A stretch of 64,000 nt of DNA from Hydrurus foetidus (lineage: Eukaryota). The stretch covers positions 62,001 through 126,000 of the forward strand of contig UYFQ01000260.1 of the NCBI GenBank assembly GCA_900617105.1, given 5' to 3'. Shown piece by piece: positions 51,487-63,936 of the stretch; positions within the stretch are counted from its first letter, which is position 1, and each line of letters starts with the position of its first letter. Under the pieces are notes generated by a model. The model was not told the DNA's origin. It was given only the letters and a program-made list of their open reading frames with translations, and searched no databases. Made by a program: the position numbers and the translations under genes.

Positions 51487-54400
51487 ATGGCCCAGGTGAT
51501 CCTCTCCTCCGTCGGCGCGGCCCTGGGCGGACCCGTCGGCGGTTTCGTCGGTGCGATGCTGGGCCGGGCGGCCGACAGCGCCGTGATCAACGCCCTGTCG
51601 CCAGCCCGCCAGCTGGGGCCCCGCATCCCTGAACTGCGGGTCACCGGCGCCGCCGAGGGCGCGGCGATCCCGTGCGTGTTCGGACGCGGCCGGGTGGGTG
51701 GCCATGTCCTCTGGGCCGCGCTTCCGCGAAAAGCGCATCGAGGGCCGGGTCGGCGGCAGCAAGGGCCAGAAGACGGCCTCCTACGCCTACAGCCTGTCGT
51801 TCGCCGTGGCGGTGGGCGAGGGCCCGATCGACGGGATCGGCCGGGTCTGGGCGGACGGCAAGGTGATGGACATGGCCGGGGTGACGATGCGCCTGCACCG
51901 CGGAACCGAGGACCAGGCGCCCGACCCGCTGATCGAGGCGGTCGAGGGCGCGGCCCCGGCCTATCGGGGCTGGCCTATGTGGTGTTCGAGGACCTGGCTC
52001 TGGAGGCGTTCGGAAACCGTGCGCCGCAGCTGTCGTTCGAGGTGTTCCGTCGGCCCGGTTCGCCGACGGGGCTGGAGGCGCGGCTGAAGGGGGTGTGCCT
52101 GATCCCCGGGGCGGGGGAGTTTGTCTACGCCACCGACGCCGTGCTGCGCCGTGACGGCATCACCCGCACCACGGCCGAGAACGTCAACAACGCCGAGGGC
52201 CGGCCGGATCTGGCCGTGTCGCTGGACCAACTGCAGGCCCAGCTGCCGCAGGTGGATCATGTGACCCTGGTGGTGTCGTGGTTCGGGACCGACCTGCGCT
52301 GCGGGTCGTGCCAGATCAGGCCGGGGGTGGATCAGGCGTTCAAGGCGACCATCCCTTACGACTGGCGCGCGGGCGGCGTGGATCGCGGCGACGCTCACGT
52401 CATCTCGATCCACGACGGCGGCCCGGCCTATGGTGGCACGCCGTCGGACCGCGCGGTGCTGCAGGCCATCGCCGAGCTGAAGCGGCGCGGGCTGAAGGTG
52501 ACCCTCTATCCGTTCGTGCTGATGGACGTGCCGGAGGGCTCTGGCCTGCCCGATCCCTATGGCGGCGTGGGACAGGGGCCTATCCGTGGCGCGGGCGGAT
52601 CACCTGTCATCCCGCGCCGGGTCAGGCGGGCTCGCCCGATGGCGGGGCGACGGCGGCGTCGCAGGATCGCCAGTTTCTTTGGCAGCGCCACGCCGGCTCA
52701 GGTCGGCGAGAGTGAGGGCCTGCCCAGCTTTTCCGGGTCGGGCTGGGGCTTCCGGCGGATGATCCTGCACTATGCGCGGCTGGCCCAGCTGGCCGGCGGC
52801 GTGGACGGCTTCCTGATCGGCTCGGAGCTGCGCGGCCTGACCACGGTGCGCGGCGCGGGCGGGCGTACCCCGCCGTCAGCGCGCTCAGAACGCTCGCGGC
52901 CGATGTGCGAGGCATGGTCGGGCCGGCGACCAAGCTGGGCTACGCCGCCGACTGGAGCGAGTATTTCGGCCACCAGCCCGGCGGCGGCCACGCGGTATTT
53001 CATCTCGATCCGCTGTGGGCCGACCCGGCGATCGATTTCGTGGGCGTCGACTTCTATCCGCCGGTCACCGACTGGCGGGACGGCGAGGATCATCTGGATG
53101 CGGCGGCCGGCTTTGACGGCCCTCACGACCCGGCCTATCTGCGCGCCCGCCTGACCGGCGGTGAGGGCTTTGACTGGTACTATGCCAGCCCGGCCGACCG
53201 CGACGCCCAGATCCGCACCGCCATCACCGACGGCGCCCATGGCGAAGCGTGGATGTTCCGGCCCAAGGACCTGAAGAGCTGGTGGTCACAACCTCATCAT
53301 GATCGGCCCGCCGGGGTGCGCTCGGCCACGCCCACGGCCTGGGTTCCGCGCTCCAAGCCGATCCGCCTGACCGAGTTCGGCTGTCCCGCCGTCGACAAGG
53401 GCGCCAATGCGTCCAACCTGTTCGTCGATCCCAAGAGCGCCGAGAGCCATCTGCCGCCCTATTCGACCGGCGCCCTCGACGAGTTTGGCCAGCGCCGAAT
53501 GCTGGAAGCGGTGCTGGACTGGATCGCCGACCCGGCCGCCAATCCGATCTCGCCCAGCTACGGCGGGCCAATGATCGAGGCGGCCAGCGCCTGTGCTGGG
53601 ACGCCCGGCCATTCCCGATTTTCCGGCCCGCGCCAAGGTCTGGAGCGACGGCCCAACTGGCCGCTGGGCCACTGGCTGAACGGCCGCGCCGGCGCGCCGC
53701 TGGCCGAGCTGGTCGCGGCCCTGGGGCGCGGGCCGATGTTGTGCTCGATCCGGGCGAGGCCAGCGGGCGGTGGTGGCTATGTGGTCGACCGGCCGATGCG
53801 GCTGCGCGACGCCCTGGCGCCCCTGACCGCCGCCTTCGGCCTCGACGCCGTCGAGCGGGGCGGGGAGGCGCGGCTGGCGGCGCACACCGGTCTCGCCTAA
53901 TGCCGCGCTCGACGCGGCCGATCTGCCTGGCCCGAGGATCGCCCCGCCGCCGCGACCGCCAGCCGGACGCTGGTGGAGCCGCCCAGGCCCTGCGCCTGCG
54001 CTTCATCGACGCCGGCCGCGACTACCAGACCGGGGCCCTGATCGTGCGCCGCGAGGACGGGCAGGGGACGGCCGATGCTGACGCGCCGGTGTCATGGCCG
54101 GCCGAGGCGGAACTGGCCGGGCGCCGGATGTTGAACGGCTCGGCGTCGGCGCGGCGCGAGACCGTCGTCCACCTCTCGCCCCTGGCCGCCCTGCGGCTGG
54201 AAGCTGGCGACCGCGTGACCTTCGCCGGCGAGAGCTGGCGCGTGGCGAGGATGGATCTGGACGAGCACCCGCGCACGACGCTGGCGCCGGTTCCCGTCGG
54301 GTCGGAGCTCGATGGCCGCATCGACTGGACGCCAGCCCCGCCGCGCGAACCTGTGGGGCCTCCAGCGTTGCGGGTGCTCGACCTGCCGGCCAGCAGCGAC

Positions 54401-55270
54401 GACGTCCGGCCGTGGGTCGCCGCCGCCGCCGAGCCGTGGCGGCCGTTCGACATTCATGCCGGCGGTGATCTCGACACCCTGAAGGTCCGCGCCCGCATCT
54501 CTGCGCCCGCCACCCTGGGCGAGACGATGACCGACCTGCCGCCCGCCTCGCCGCATCGACTGGACCGCGCCGGCCGCCTGACCGTACGGCTGGAGGGCGC
54601 GACCCCGGCCAGCCGCGCGCTGGCCGCCGTGCTGGCGGGCGACAACGCCCTGGCGGTGCTGGTGCCCTCGGGCGCGTGGGAGGTGATCGGTTTCACCACG
54701 GCGCAGATCGTCGCCGAAGACGTCTGGACCCTGTCGGGCCTTCTGCGCGGCCAGCGCGATGGCGCCGCGAGTGAAACGACGATCCCGGCCGGCGCGCCGG
54801 TGGTTCTGCTGGATGAGGCTTTGGCCAGGCTGGAGGTCGCGCCGTTCGAACGTGGGGCGCCGTTGATCGTGCGCGCCGCGCCGGCCGGCGGTCCGCCTTC
54901 GGGGCCGGCGATGAGCGAGGTCAGCCTGACCTGGCGCGGTCGGGCCCTGCGTCCGCTGGCCCCGGCGCATTTGCGCGTGCGGGTCTCGGGCGGCGACCGC
55001 CTGGTCAGCTGGATCCGTCGCGACCGGCTGGGCGGCGATGTCTGGGAGGGCGAGGCGCCGCTCAGCGAAGCGGTCGAGGCCTGGCGCCTGCGGGTGCTGA
55101 ACGGCGCAGTCGTGGTGCGCGAGGCGGAACTGACCGCGCCGACCTTCATCCATACCGCCGCCATGCGGGTCGCCGATCTGGCCGCAGGATCGGCCGGAGC
55201 GCTGACCGTCGAGGTGGTTCACGGCTCGGCCAGCCTCGGCTGGGGCGCGCCGACGACAAGGTTGCTGTGA
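51487..55270 (+). CDS. GTA baseplate multidomain protein (g15/megatron), many frameshifts
   Basis: YSLSFAVAVGEGPI, LIPGAGEF, YGGTPSD, YAADWSEY, EFGCPAVDKGAN, LLRGQ. Confidence 0.92.
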
Positions 55271-55281
55271 TATAATGCAAC
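55261..55281 (+). promoter_or_regulatory. Extended -10 box inside an inverted repeat, upstream of the DnaJ-class gene
   Basis: TGATATAAT at 55268-55276 within GTTGC-N11-GCAAC. Confidence 0.45.
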
Positions 55282-55352
55282 ATTGCGCTTGTGCGCCGCC
55301 GCGAAAGGCCTAAGTGAGGGCGGACTGATCCAATCACTCTCGAGGACCTTCC

Positions 55353-56304
55353 TTGGCGCGCGACCCCTATCAGGAACTTGGCGTTTCCCGCACCGCGACG
55401 ACGGACGAGATCCGCAAGGCGTTCCGCAAGCTCGCCAAGCAGTTTCACCCCGACGCCAATCCCGGCAACAAGGCTGCCGAGGACCGCTTCAAGCAGATCA
55501 GCGCCGCCTTCGATATTGTGGGCGACGCGGTCAAGAAGAAGAAGTTCGACGCCGGCGAGATCGATGCCGACGGTCGCGAGATCGCGCGTGGCTTCGGCGG
55601 CGCGGGCGGCAGTCCGTTTGGGGCCGGCGGCTTCAATCGCGGCGGCTTCCAGTCGCGCGGCGGTGGCGGCGGTGAGGGTCCCGAGATCGACCTTGGCGAT
55701 CTGTTCGGCGACATCCTGGGGCGCGGCGCGCGCAGCGGCTCGGCCGGCGGGTTCGGTGGCGCGGGCGGCGGCGGCTTCGCGCCACGGGGCGCCGATGTTC
55801 GGGCCCGGCTGGACATCGACCTGGAAGAAGCCATTCGCGGCGGCAAGAAGCGCGTCGCCTTCTCGGACGGCCGCACCATCGACGTCACCATCCCGCCCGG
55901 GGCCCAAGAGGGCCAGACCCTGCGCCTGAAGGGCCAGGGCAGTCCGGGTCGCGGCGGCCAGGGCGACGCCCTGATCGAACTGGCGATCAAGCCCCACGCC
56001 ATCTATCGCCGCGAGGGCGAGACCCTGGTCATGGACCTGCCGATCTCGGTGCCCGACGCGGTGCTGGGCGGCAAGATCGAGGCGCCCACCCCCGACGGCG
56101 CCGTCATGCTGGCCGTGCCCAAAGGCTCCAACAGCGGCGCGACCCTGCGCCTGAAGGGCCAGGGGCCTGGTCGACGCCAAGGGCAAGCGCGGCGACCTGC
56201 TGGCGCGCCTGGTGGTGACCCTGCCCGACGAGCCCGACAGCGACCTGGAAAAGTTCGCCCAGGCCTGGCGGGAGCAGAAACCGTATTCGCCCAAGCGGAA
56301 GTAG
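55353..56304 (+). CDS. DnaJ-class chaperone without zinc finger (CbpA-like); frameshift near 56165
   Basis: J domain HPD, G/F-rich region, LRLKGQG repeats. Confidence 0.93.
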
Positions 56305-56443
56305 GCCAACCCCCTCGGCGGGAAGCGTTTTAGCTGCAGATCATGGCGCTGAACGAAGCCGTCCAGGGCAAGGCCGGGCTCGATTTGCCGTATGGCGTCG
56401 TCCATCCGTGACAGAACGCCACACGCCCTGCATAAGCTGTCTG

Positions 56444-56459
56444 TTCAGTCTCCATTCAG
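56444..56459 (+). promoter_or_regulatory. Direct repeat, possible OmpR-family binding site
   Basis: TTCAG-N6-TTCAG (11 bp period) before the PepSY-RR-HK operon. Confidence 0.5.
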
Positions 56460-56483
56460 CCACCGTCCCTTACATCTGAGCGC

Positions 56484-56801
56484 ATGAAACCGATCCGCGC
56501 CCTTCTCGTCGTCGCCGCGCTCGCCGCCACCCTTCCGGGTTCGGCGTCGGCGCAGCGTCGCCCGGACTCGCTGGGCGCCGACTGGCGCGCCCAGTCGGAC
56601 CAGGCGCGGGGCGGCGTGCAGTCGGGCCGGCTGGTGCCGCTGTCGCGGGTGATCGAGCAGATCAGCCGCCGCACGCCGGGCCGGGTGCTGGACGCCGGGC
56701 TTGAGGGCCGCAACTATCGGGTCCGGTGGGCCACCGACGACGGCCGCCGCATCGACTTCATCGTCGACGCCGAGACCGGCCAGATCCTCAGCGCCAACTA
56801 A
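56484..56801 (+). CDS. Exported PepSY-domain protein
   Basis: Signal peptide; VDAETGQIL. Confidence 0.82.
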   Translation: MKPIRALLVVAALAATLPGSASAQRRPDSLGADWRAQSDQARGGVQSGRLVPLSRVIEQISRRTPGRVLDAGLEGRNYRVRWATDDGRRIDFIVDAETGQILSAN

Positions 56802-56814
56802 AGGTTCTGCTTCC

Positions 56815-57492
56815 ATGCGTATCCTGCTCGTCGAGGACGATCCCGACCTGTCGCGCCAGCTGAAACTGGCCCTGGCCGACGCCGGCTACGCCGTCGACCA
56901 TGCTCCGGACGGCGAGGAAGCCCAGTTCCTGGGCGAGACCGAGCCCTATGATGCGGTGATCCTGGATCTGGGCCTGCCCAAGGTGGACGGGGTTTCGGTG
57001 CTGGAGCGCTGGCGGCGCGGCAATGTCGCCACGCCCGTGCTGATCCTCACCGCCCGCGCCGCCTGGAGCGACAAGGTCGCCGGGTTCGACGCCGGGGCCG
57101 ACGACTATCTGGCCAAGCCGTTCCATACCGAAGAGCTGCTGGCCCGCCTGCGCGCCCTGCTGCGCCGCTCGGCCGGCCATGCCGCGCCCAGCCTGTCGTG
57201 CGGGGCCCTGCGTCTGGATCCGCGCGCCGCCCGGGCCAGCGTCAATGGCGAGCCCCTGCGCCTGACCTCGCTGGAATACCGCCTGCTGCATTACATGATC
57301 ATGCACCAGGGCCGGGTGATCGGCCGCACCGAGCTGGTCGAGCACCTGTACGATCAGGACTTCGACCGCGACTCCAACACCATCGAGGTGTTCATCGGCC
57401 GTTTGCGCAAGAAGCTGGGCAGCGACCGCATCGAGACGGTGCGTGGCCTGGGCTATCGCCTGACCGCCCTGGAGGGCGAGGCGACCGAGTGA
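56815..57492 (+). CDS. OmpR/PhoB family response regulator
   Basis: MRILLVEDD, LDLGLP, GADDYLAKPF, IETVRGLGY. Confidence 0.95.
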   Translation: MRILLVEDDPDLSRQLKLALADAGYAVDHAPDGEEAQFLGETEPYDAVILDLGLPKVDGVSVLERWRRGNVATPVLILTARAAWSDKVAGFDAGADDYLAKPFHTEELLARLRALLRRSAGHAAPSLSCGALRLDPRAARASVNGEPLRLTSLEYRLLHYMIMHQGRVIGRTELVEHLYDQDFDRDSNTIEVFIGRLRKKLGSDRIETVRGLGYRLTALEGEATE

Positions 57493-57515
57493 CGATCCGG
57501 GCCGAGGCTTAAGCG

Positions 57516-58907
57516 GTGCTGGACCTGCGCCGACCTTCGCTGGTTCGTCGGCTGGTGCTGCTGGCTGTCGTCTGGAACGCGGTGGTGCTGATCGTGGCGG
57601 GCGTGTTCCTGACCGCCCAGTTCCGCGACGCCGCCATCCGTCGCTTCGACCAGTCCCTGGCCGTGCTGACCGACGATCTGTATGCCGGCTCCACGGTCGA
57701 GGATGGCGTGCTCAAGGCGCCGTTCCTGACCGACATCCGCGCCACCCGCACCTATTCCGGTCGCTACTGGACCATTTCCCGGCGTGTGCCAGACGGGTCC
57801 CTCAAGGTGGTCGAGCGTTCGCGCTCGCTGTTCGACACTGACCTGATGGCGTCCTCACGGCAGGTGGACCTGCTGGACGCAGCGCCGGGCAAGACCTTGT
57901 ATTTCGACCTGCGCGGCCCCCAGGACAAGCCGCTGCGCGCCGCCGCCATCCTGACCCGCCTGCCGGGCTATGCCGATCCGGTGGTGTTCATCGCCGCCGA
58001 GGACCGCTCGCCGATCGACGCCGACGCCGACCATTTTGGCCGCATCACCGCCCTGGCGCTGCTGCTGCTGGGCGGGGGCCTGATCCTGGCGGTGGTGGTG
58101 CAGGTGAGGGTGGGTCTGGCCCCGCTGTTCCAGCTGCGCCGCGAGGTCGCCTCGGTGCGGCGCGGCCGGGCCGAGCGCCTGACCCGCACCTATCCCGAGG
58201 AGCTGGAGCCTCTGGCCGTCGAGCTGAACGCCCTGCTGGCCCACAACCAGGAAGTGGTCGAGCGCCAGCGCACCCATGTCGGCAATCTGGCCCACGCCCT
58301 GAAGACCCCGCTGTCAGTGATGATCACCGAAGCCAGCCAGCAACCCGGCAGCCTGGCCGAGGTGGTGTCGCGACAGGCTGACGTGATGCGCGATCAGGTC
58401 GACCACCATCTGCGCCGGGCCCGCGCCGCCGCCCGCTCCCAGACCAGCGGCGAGCGCACGCCGGTCGAACCGATCCTGGACGAACTGGCGGTGACCCTTG
58501 AGCGGATCTTCCAGGACAAGTCAGAGGGGCAGGGCGTCGAGATCGACTGGCGCTGCCCTGAAGACCTGTGCTTCCAGGGCGAGAAGCAGGACCTGATGGA
58601 GCTGGCCGGCAACGTCATGGAAAACGCCGGCAAGTGGTGCAAGGCTCGAATTCGCGTGGTCGCCGCGCCCACCAGCCCAGACCGCTGGACCCTGGTGGTC
58701 GAGGATGACGGCCCCGGCCTGCCGCCCGAACGCTGGGTCGATGCGCTCAAGCGCGGGCAACGCATGGACGAGCAAACGCCGGGCTCGGGCCTGGGTCTTT
58801 CCATCGTCGACGAGCTGGCCAGGGCCTATGGCGGCTCTGTAACGCTCGGGGATTCGTCGATGGGCGGTTTGCGCGTCAGCCTGGATCTTCCCAGGTCGGA
58901 AGCCTAG
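57516..58907 (+). CDS. Membrane sensor histidine kinase (PhoQ/FeuQ-like)
   Basis: Two TM segments, NLAHALKTPL, ENAGKW, GSGLGLSI. Confidence 0.95.
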   Translation: MLDLRRPSLVRRLVLLAVVWNAVVLIVAGVFLTAQFRDAAIRRFDQSLAVLTDDLYAGSTVEDGVLKAPFLTDIRATRTYSGRYWTISRRVPDGSLKVVERSRSLFDTDLMASSRQVDLLDAAPGKTLYFDLRGPQDKPLRAAAILTRLPGYADPVVFIAAEDRSPIDADADHFGRITALALLLLGGGLILAVVVQVRVGLAPLFQLRREVASVRRGRAERLTRTYPEELEPLAVELNALLAHNQEVVERQRTHVGNLAHALKTPLSVMITEASQQPGSLAEVVSRQADVMRDQVDHHLRRARAAARSQTSGERTPVEPILDELAVTLERIFQDKSEGQGVEIDWRCPEDLCFQGEKQDLMELAGNVMENAGKWCKARIRVVAAPTSPDRWTLVVEDDGPGLPPERWVDALKRGQRMDEQTPGSGLGLSIVDELARAYGGSVTLGDSSMGGLRVSLDLPRSEA

Positions 58908-59094
58908 CGACAAGCTGTCGCAGGGGTTGTGTTTAACGGCCCCCTATCGGCATCGCTAAACCTCTGGCGCCCTTGATCTTTCCCCAATCCGCGGATGTGT
59001 GGAAAACGCTGACTTTTTTGACGGGTTTCGGAAAGTCTTAACCTCGTTGCCAACATGGTTGACGCTGTCGGTCTTTTCGATCCGGCGGGGGATC

Positions 59095-60415
59095 ATGGCC
59101 GCAATCGCTGCGCATAAATTGCAGATCGTTCGGATGCTGGTGGAAACCGCGCCGGACTCTGCCCTGCGCAGCCTGGAACTGGCCCTGGCCAGCGTCGGCA
59201 ACGTGGGCGGGCTGGCCCAGGTGCGCGGGCTGGTCGAGGACGAGACCACCGACCGATTCGTTCGCAACAACATCCTGGCTCCCATCGTGCCGATGTGCGC
59301 GCTGCGCGGCCCCGGCCAGATCAGCTTTCCGCCGCGCGTCCTGCCGTTCCTCTGGAAGGCGCTGAAGACCATCGCGCCCCGGCGTCGAAGAGTTGCACAA
59401 GTGCAATCCGTGGGATCTGGCAGGGGCGCCAGAGTCTTTGATGAGCGCGCCCTTGCCGCGCGCGGCCTGCGCGACGCCGAACAGGATGCGTTCGACGCGA
59501 CCCGCAGTCTTGGCGTGACCGACGAACTGATCAACTGCCTGGAAATCGGCCACATCGTTCGGACCGCCCTGCCCAAGCTGTCTGAATGGGTCAGCCGGAT
59601 GAGCGACGAGCGCGCCGCCGCCGCACGTCTGGCCTATCGCGACGCCTGCGTCGTCCGCGAGGATTCCGGCGCCCGGATGTTTGACATGCTGGCCGCCCAT
59701 CTGCCCGACGACTGGCGGATCCTGCGGGTGATCTCGGCAGTCATGGACCGGCCCAATGACCGCTATCTGGCCGCGTCGGAAGTCAGCTCGTTTGGCGAGC
59801 GCGTGCTGGCCGAAATCGACACATCGATCAACCTGATCCGCGACTTCGATCTCGACAAGGGCGAGAAGCTGGCCCGCGAGGCCGCCATGGCCGCCCAGCA
59901 GGTCGCACTGCAGATCACCGAATTCGAGCAGTCGGTGAACATCGCCAAGGACGGTCCGTGGGGCCGCAGGCTGAGCAAGTACAAGCAGCAGATCGCCCAG
60001 GCCGTCGAGCTGCGGATGAGCACGGCCGACAAGGAACTGAGCGAGGCCCTGCCCACCAAGCCGATCTCGATCCTGGGCAAGCAAGGGCGGCAAGGGCGTG
60101 GCCAAGCTGACCTCGCCGCCGGACGAGGCGCTCGTGCGTCGCGCCACGGCCATCCTGGTCTTCATCGAACACCTGCGGCCCTGCGCGGCTCAGAGCGGCT
60201 ATGGCGCGACACGCACCCTGGCCCTGGAAAAGCTCAACAAGCGTCTCGATCAATATATCGAGGACGTGCTTTACGCGGCGCGCACTGGCGAGGGCGGCGA
60301 TCCTGCGGTGGCCCAGCAATATCTTGACGTCGCCGCCGCCTTTATCGCCCACACCCGCGACGACAAGACCGCCGAAATCGTCCGTCGCCGGGCCGCCGCC
60401 GCGATCGCGGCCTGA
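59095..60415 (+). CDS. Hypothetical protein (about 440 aa); frameshift near 60090
   Basis: Long ORF with host-like codon usage, continued by ORF 60098-60415; no family recognised. Confidence 0.75.
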
Positions 60416-60476
60416 TCGGTCCCTTAAGCGCTTTTTTCGCTAACGGCGGCGCGCATTCCCGGCTAACAGGCGACGT

Positions 60477-61340
60477 ATGATCGCTTTCTGGATCTCGGCG
60501 GCCGCGCTGTCGGCTGCGGCCGGCGCCTTGATACTGCGCAGCGCGCGCGCGCGGGCGCCGCCGAAGGCGTCTCGGCCGACCTGGACGCCCACAAACGCCA
60601 GCTTGGCGAGATTGATCGGCTGGCCGAAGGCGGCTTGCTGGACGCCGCCGAGCGCAAGGCCGCGCGGGCAGAGGCGGGCCGTCGCCTGCTGGCCGCCGCC
60701 GACACCGCCGAAACCTGGACCCCGACGGCGAGGATCGCGCCGCCTGGCTGTGACCGCAGCCGCTGTCGGCGCCGCTGCTGGCTTGGCTGTCTATGTGGTC
60801 ATCGGCTCGCCCGGCTTTTCCGATCAGCCCTACGCAAAGCGGGTGGCGGAGTGGCGCGCCACCGATCCTGCCCAGCTGGATCCGCCGCGCATCGCCGCCG
60901 TGCTGGAGACCATCGCCGCCCAGCGCCCCAACGACGCCGAACCGCTCAAGCATCTGGCCCTGGCCCGCAGCGCCTCGGGCGATCTGGCCGGCGCCGAGCA
61001 GGCCCTGCGCCGCGCCGTGCGCCTGGCCCCCGGCCGCGCCGACCTGTGGACCGGGCTGGGCGAGACCTTCGTGGCCGAGGCGAACGGGGACGTCGGCCCC
61101 GACGCCAGATTGGCTTTCCGCGAAGCCCTCAAGATCGACCCCAACAGCCTGTCGGCCACCATCTGGGCCGGGGCCGGATCGGCGATGGTGACGTGGCCGG
61201 CGGTCTGGCCGACTGGCGCGCCCTGGCCGCCAGCCTGCCCGCCGATGATCCGCGTCGCGGGGCGATCAACCGCGAGATCGCCCAGGTCGAGGCGGCCGGC
61301 GGCATTCCCGCCCTGAATGGGCACACGCGAAAGGGCGGAC
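60477..61340 (+). CDS. ccmI: Cytochrome c biogenesis TPR protein CcmI/CycH; frameshifted, 3' end garbled
   Basis: N-terminal TM, QLGEIDRL, YVVIGSPGFSDQP, TPR-like helices; precedes ccmE. Confidence 0.82.
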
Positions 61341-61469
61341 GCCCATGGTCGAGGGCCCACCGCTGCCGATCTGCGGAATGGGCGGAATGGAATGGGCTGG
61401 ACGAATGGCCTGGAATTGGAACGATGCTGGAACTGTCAGCTGGAATGGAACGCAACCGAAGACCGCTCC

Positions 61470-61961
61470 ATGAGTTTCTGGCCGAAATCCCGCAAGGCGC
61501 GCCGTCGCCTGACCATCCTTCTGGCCATCGCCCCGGTGCTGGCCCTGGCCGTGGGCCTGGCGCTGTATGGCATGCGCGACGCCATCTCGCTGTTCTACAC
61601 GCCCGCCCAGGCCCAGGAGGCCAAGGTGCCGGCCGGCCGCAAGGTCCAGCTGGGCGGCCTGGTTAAGGCCGGCAGCGTGGTCAAGCATCCCGGCGGCGAC
61701 GTTGAGTTCGTGGTGGCTGACCACAAGGCGACCGCCCTGGTGAAGTTCCACGGCGACCTGCCCGACCTGTTCCGCGAAGGCCAGGGGATCGTGGCGCAGG
61801 GGACGTTCGACGAGAGCGGCGTCTTCATCGCCAAGCAGGTCCTGGCCAAGCACGACGAGCGTTACATGCCGCGCGAAGTGTCCAAGGCCCTGAAAGAACA
61901 GGGCGAATGGCGCGGCGAGGGCTCCGGCCCGCCAGCCTATGACAACAAGACCGCCCCATGA
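61470..61961 (+). CDS. ccmE: Heme chaperone CcmE
   Basis: LFYTP, LPDLFREGQGIV, LAKHDERYMP. Confidence 0.96.
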   Translation: MSFWPKSRKARRRLTILLAIAPVLALAVGLALYGMRDAISLFYTPAQAQEAKVPAGRKVQLGGLVKAGSVVKHPGGDVEFVVADHKATALVKFHGDLPDLFREGQGIVAQGTFDESGVFIAKQVLAKHDERYMPREVSKALKEQGEWRGEGSGPPAYDNKTAP

Positions 61962-63936
61962 CCGTTGAACTGGGCGCCGCCCTCATCCTGGCCCTGGATC
62001 CTGTCGGTCTGCAGACCGGCCTGTCGGCGTCGCCGGCGTTCGGCGCGCGCCGATGCTGGCCGGGGCCGGTCGCGGCGCGGCTGTCGGCGGCGCCGGGGCG
62101 ACCGCCATCACCTTTGCGCGCCTGGTCTGGGCCTTTGTGACCTCGGACTTTTCGGTCGCCAACGTGGCGGCCAACTCGCACACGGCCAAGCCGATGCTGT
62201 TCAAGGTGGCCGGCGCCTGGGGCAGCCATGAGGGCTCGCTGGTGCTCTGGTGCCTGGTCCTGACGGTGTTCGGCGCGGCCATGGCCCTGTTCGGCGCCAG
62301 TCTGCCGCCCCGCCTGCGGGCCTATGCGGTGGCGGTGCAGGGCGCGCTGGGCGTGATGTTCCTGGCCTATACCGTCTTCGCCTCCAACCCGATGGCCCGG
62401 CTGGGCGATGTCCCGATCGAGGGGCGCTCGCTCAATCCGCTGCTGCAGGACTGGGCCCTGGCCGTGCATCCGCCCTTCCTTTACGCGGGCTATGTCGGCT
62501 TCTCGGTGGTCTATAGCCTGGCCATGGCGGCCCTGATCGACGGCCGTGTCGATGCGGCCTGGGCCCGCTGGGTGCGGCCCTGGACCCTGGCGGCCTGGAG
62601 CCTGCTGACCATCGGCATCACCCTGGGCGCCTTCTGGGCCTATTACGAACTGGGCTGGGGCGGCTGGTGGTTCTGGGATCCGGTCGAGAACGCCAGCTTC
62701 ATGCCCTGGCTGATCGGCGCGGCCCTGCTGCACTCGGCCATCGTGATGGAAAAGCGCGGCGCCCTGCCGGGCTGGACCGTGTTCCTGGCCCTGTCGGCCT
62801 TCACCTTCTCGATGCTGGGCGCCTTCCTGGTGCGCTCGGGCGTGCTGACCAGCGTCCACGCCTTCGCGGTCGACCCGACCCGGGGTGTGCTGCTGCTGAT
62901 CATGATGGGCATCGCTGCGGGCGCCGGCTTCCTGCTGTTCGCCCTGCGCGCGCCGGCCCTGAACTCCGGCGGCCTGTTCGCCCCGGTCAGCCGCGAGAGC
63001 GCCATCGTGCTCAACAACATCGTGCTGTCGACCGCCACGGCCACCGTGCTGCTGGGCACCCTGTATCCGCTGATCCGCGAGGCCATCGACGGCGAGGCGG
63101 TGTCGGTGGGCCCGCCGTTCTTCAACCTGACCTTTACGCCGCTGATGCTGCTGGCCCTGGCTATCCTGCCGGCCGGACCGCTGCTGGCCTGGAAGCGCGG
63201 CGACGCCTCGGCCGTGATGCGCCGTCTGTGGGTGGCCCTGGCCGCCGCCGCCGTGCTGGGCCTGGTCACCTATGCCGTCGTCACCCCGCGCAAGGCCCTG
63301 GCCAGCGCCGGCGTCGCCCTGGGCTTCTGGCTGATCGGCGGGGCGCTGGCCGAGCTGGCCGAGCGGCTGAAAGTCCTGCGCGCCCCGATCGCCGAGGTCT
63401 GGCGGCGCGCCGTCGGCCTGCCGCGCGGCGCCTGGGGCACGACCCTGGCCCATGCCGGCATGGGCGTCTTTGTGCTGGGCGCCTCGTTCGAGACCGCCTG
63501 GCGGGTCGAGCAGGCCCAGGCCCTGAGCCTGAACCAGTCGTTCAAGCTGGGCGCCTATACCCTGACCCTGACCGACGTCGGCACGGTCGAAGGGCCCAAC
63601 TATCTGGCCGAGCGCGGCCTGGTGCGGATCACTGACGCCGCCGGCCGGGTGGTCTGCAAGGCGCAGCCCGAGCGCCGCTTCTATCCCACCGGCGGACAGA
63701 CCACCTCCGAGGTCCATATCTGCCCCAAGGGGCTGGACGATCTCTATATCGTGCTGGGCGAGCGCCGGGCCGGGGAGGGCGGCAAGCCCGCCTGGCTGGT
63801 GCGCGCCTACGTCAATCCGTGGGTGCGGCTGATCTTCCTGGGGCCGCTTCTGATGGCCATCGGCGGCGCGGTGTCGCTGTCGGACCGCCGGCTGCGGCTG
63901 GGCGTCGGGCGCAAGGCGTCGGAGGCTCGGGCATGA
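61958..63936 (+). CDS. ccmF: Heme lyase CcmF; 5' frameshifts
   Basis: WGSHEGS, HPPFLY, WAYYELGWGGWWFWDPVEN, SVHAFA. Confidence 0.96.

Larger units (their letters stand above)
40586..55270 (+). mobile_element. RcGTA-like gene transfer agent head-tail cluster (about 14.7 kb)
   Basis: Terminase-portal-protease-capsid-connector-tail-short TMP-DUF2460-DUF2163-NlpC/P60-megatron order; no integrase or replication genes. Confidence 0.95.

Noticed and set aside
40586..55270. Prophage
   Set aside because: No integrase, repressor or replication genes; size, short TMP and gene order match RcGTA-like elements
61310..61460. GGAAT-rich low-complexity stretch as satellite or ncRNA
   Set aside because: It replaces the expected ccmI 3' end with irregular, non-host-like sequence; most likely a basecalling artefact
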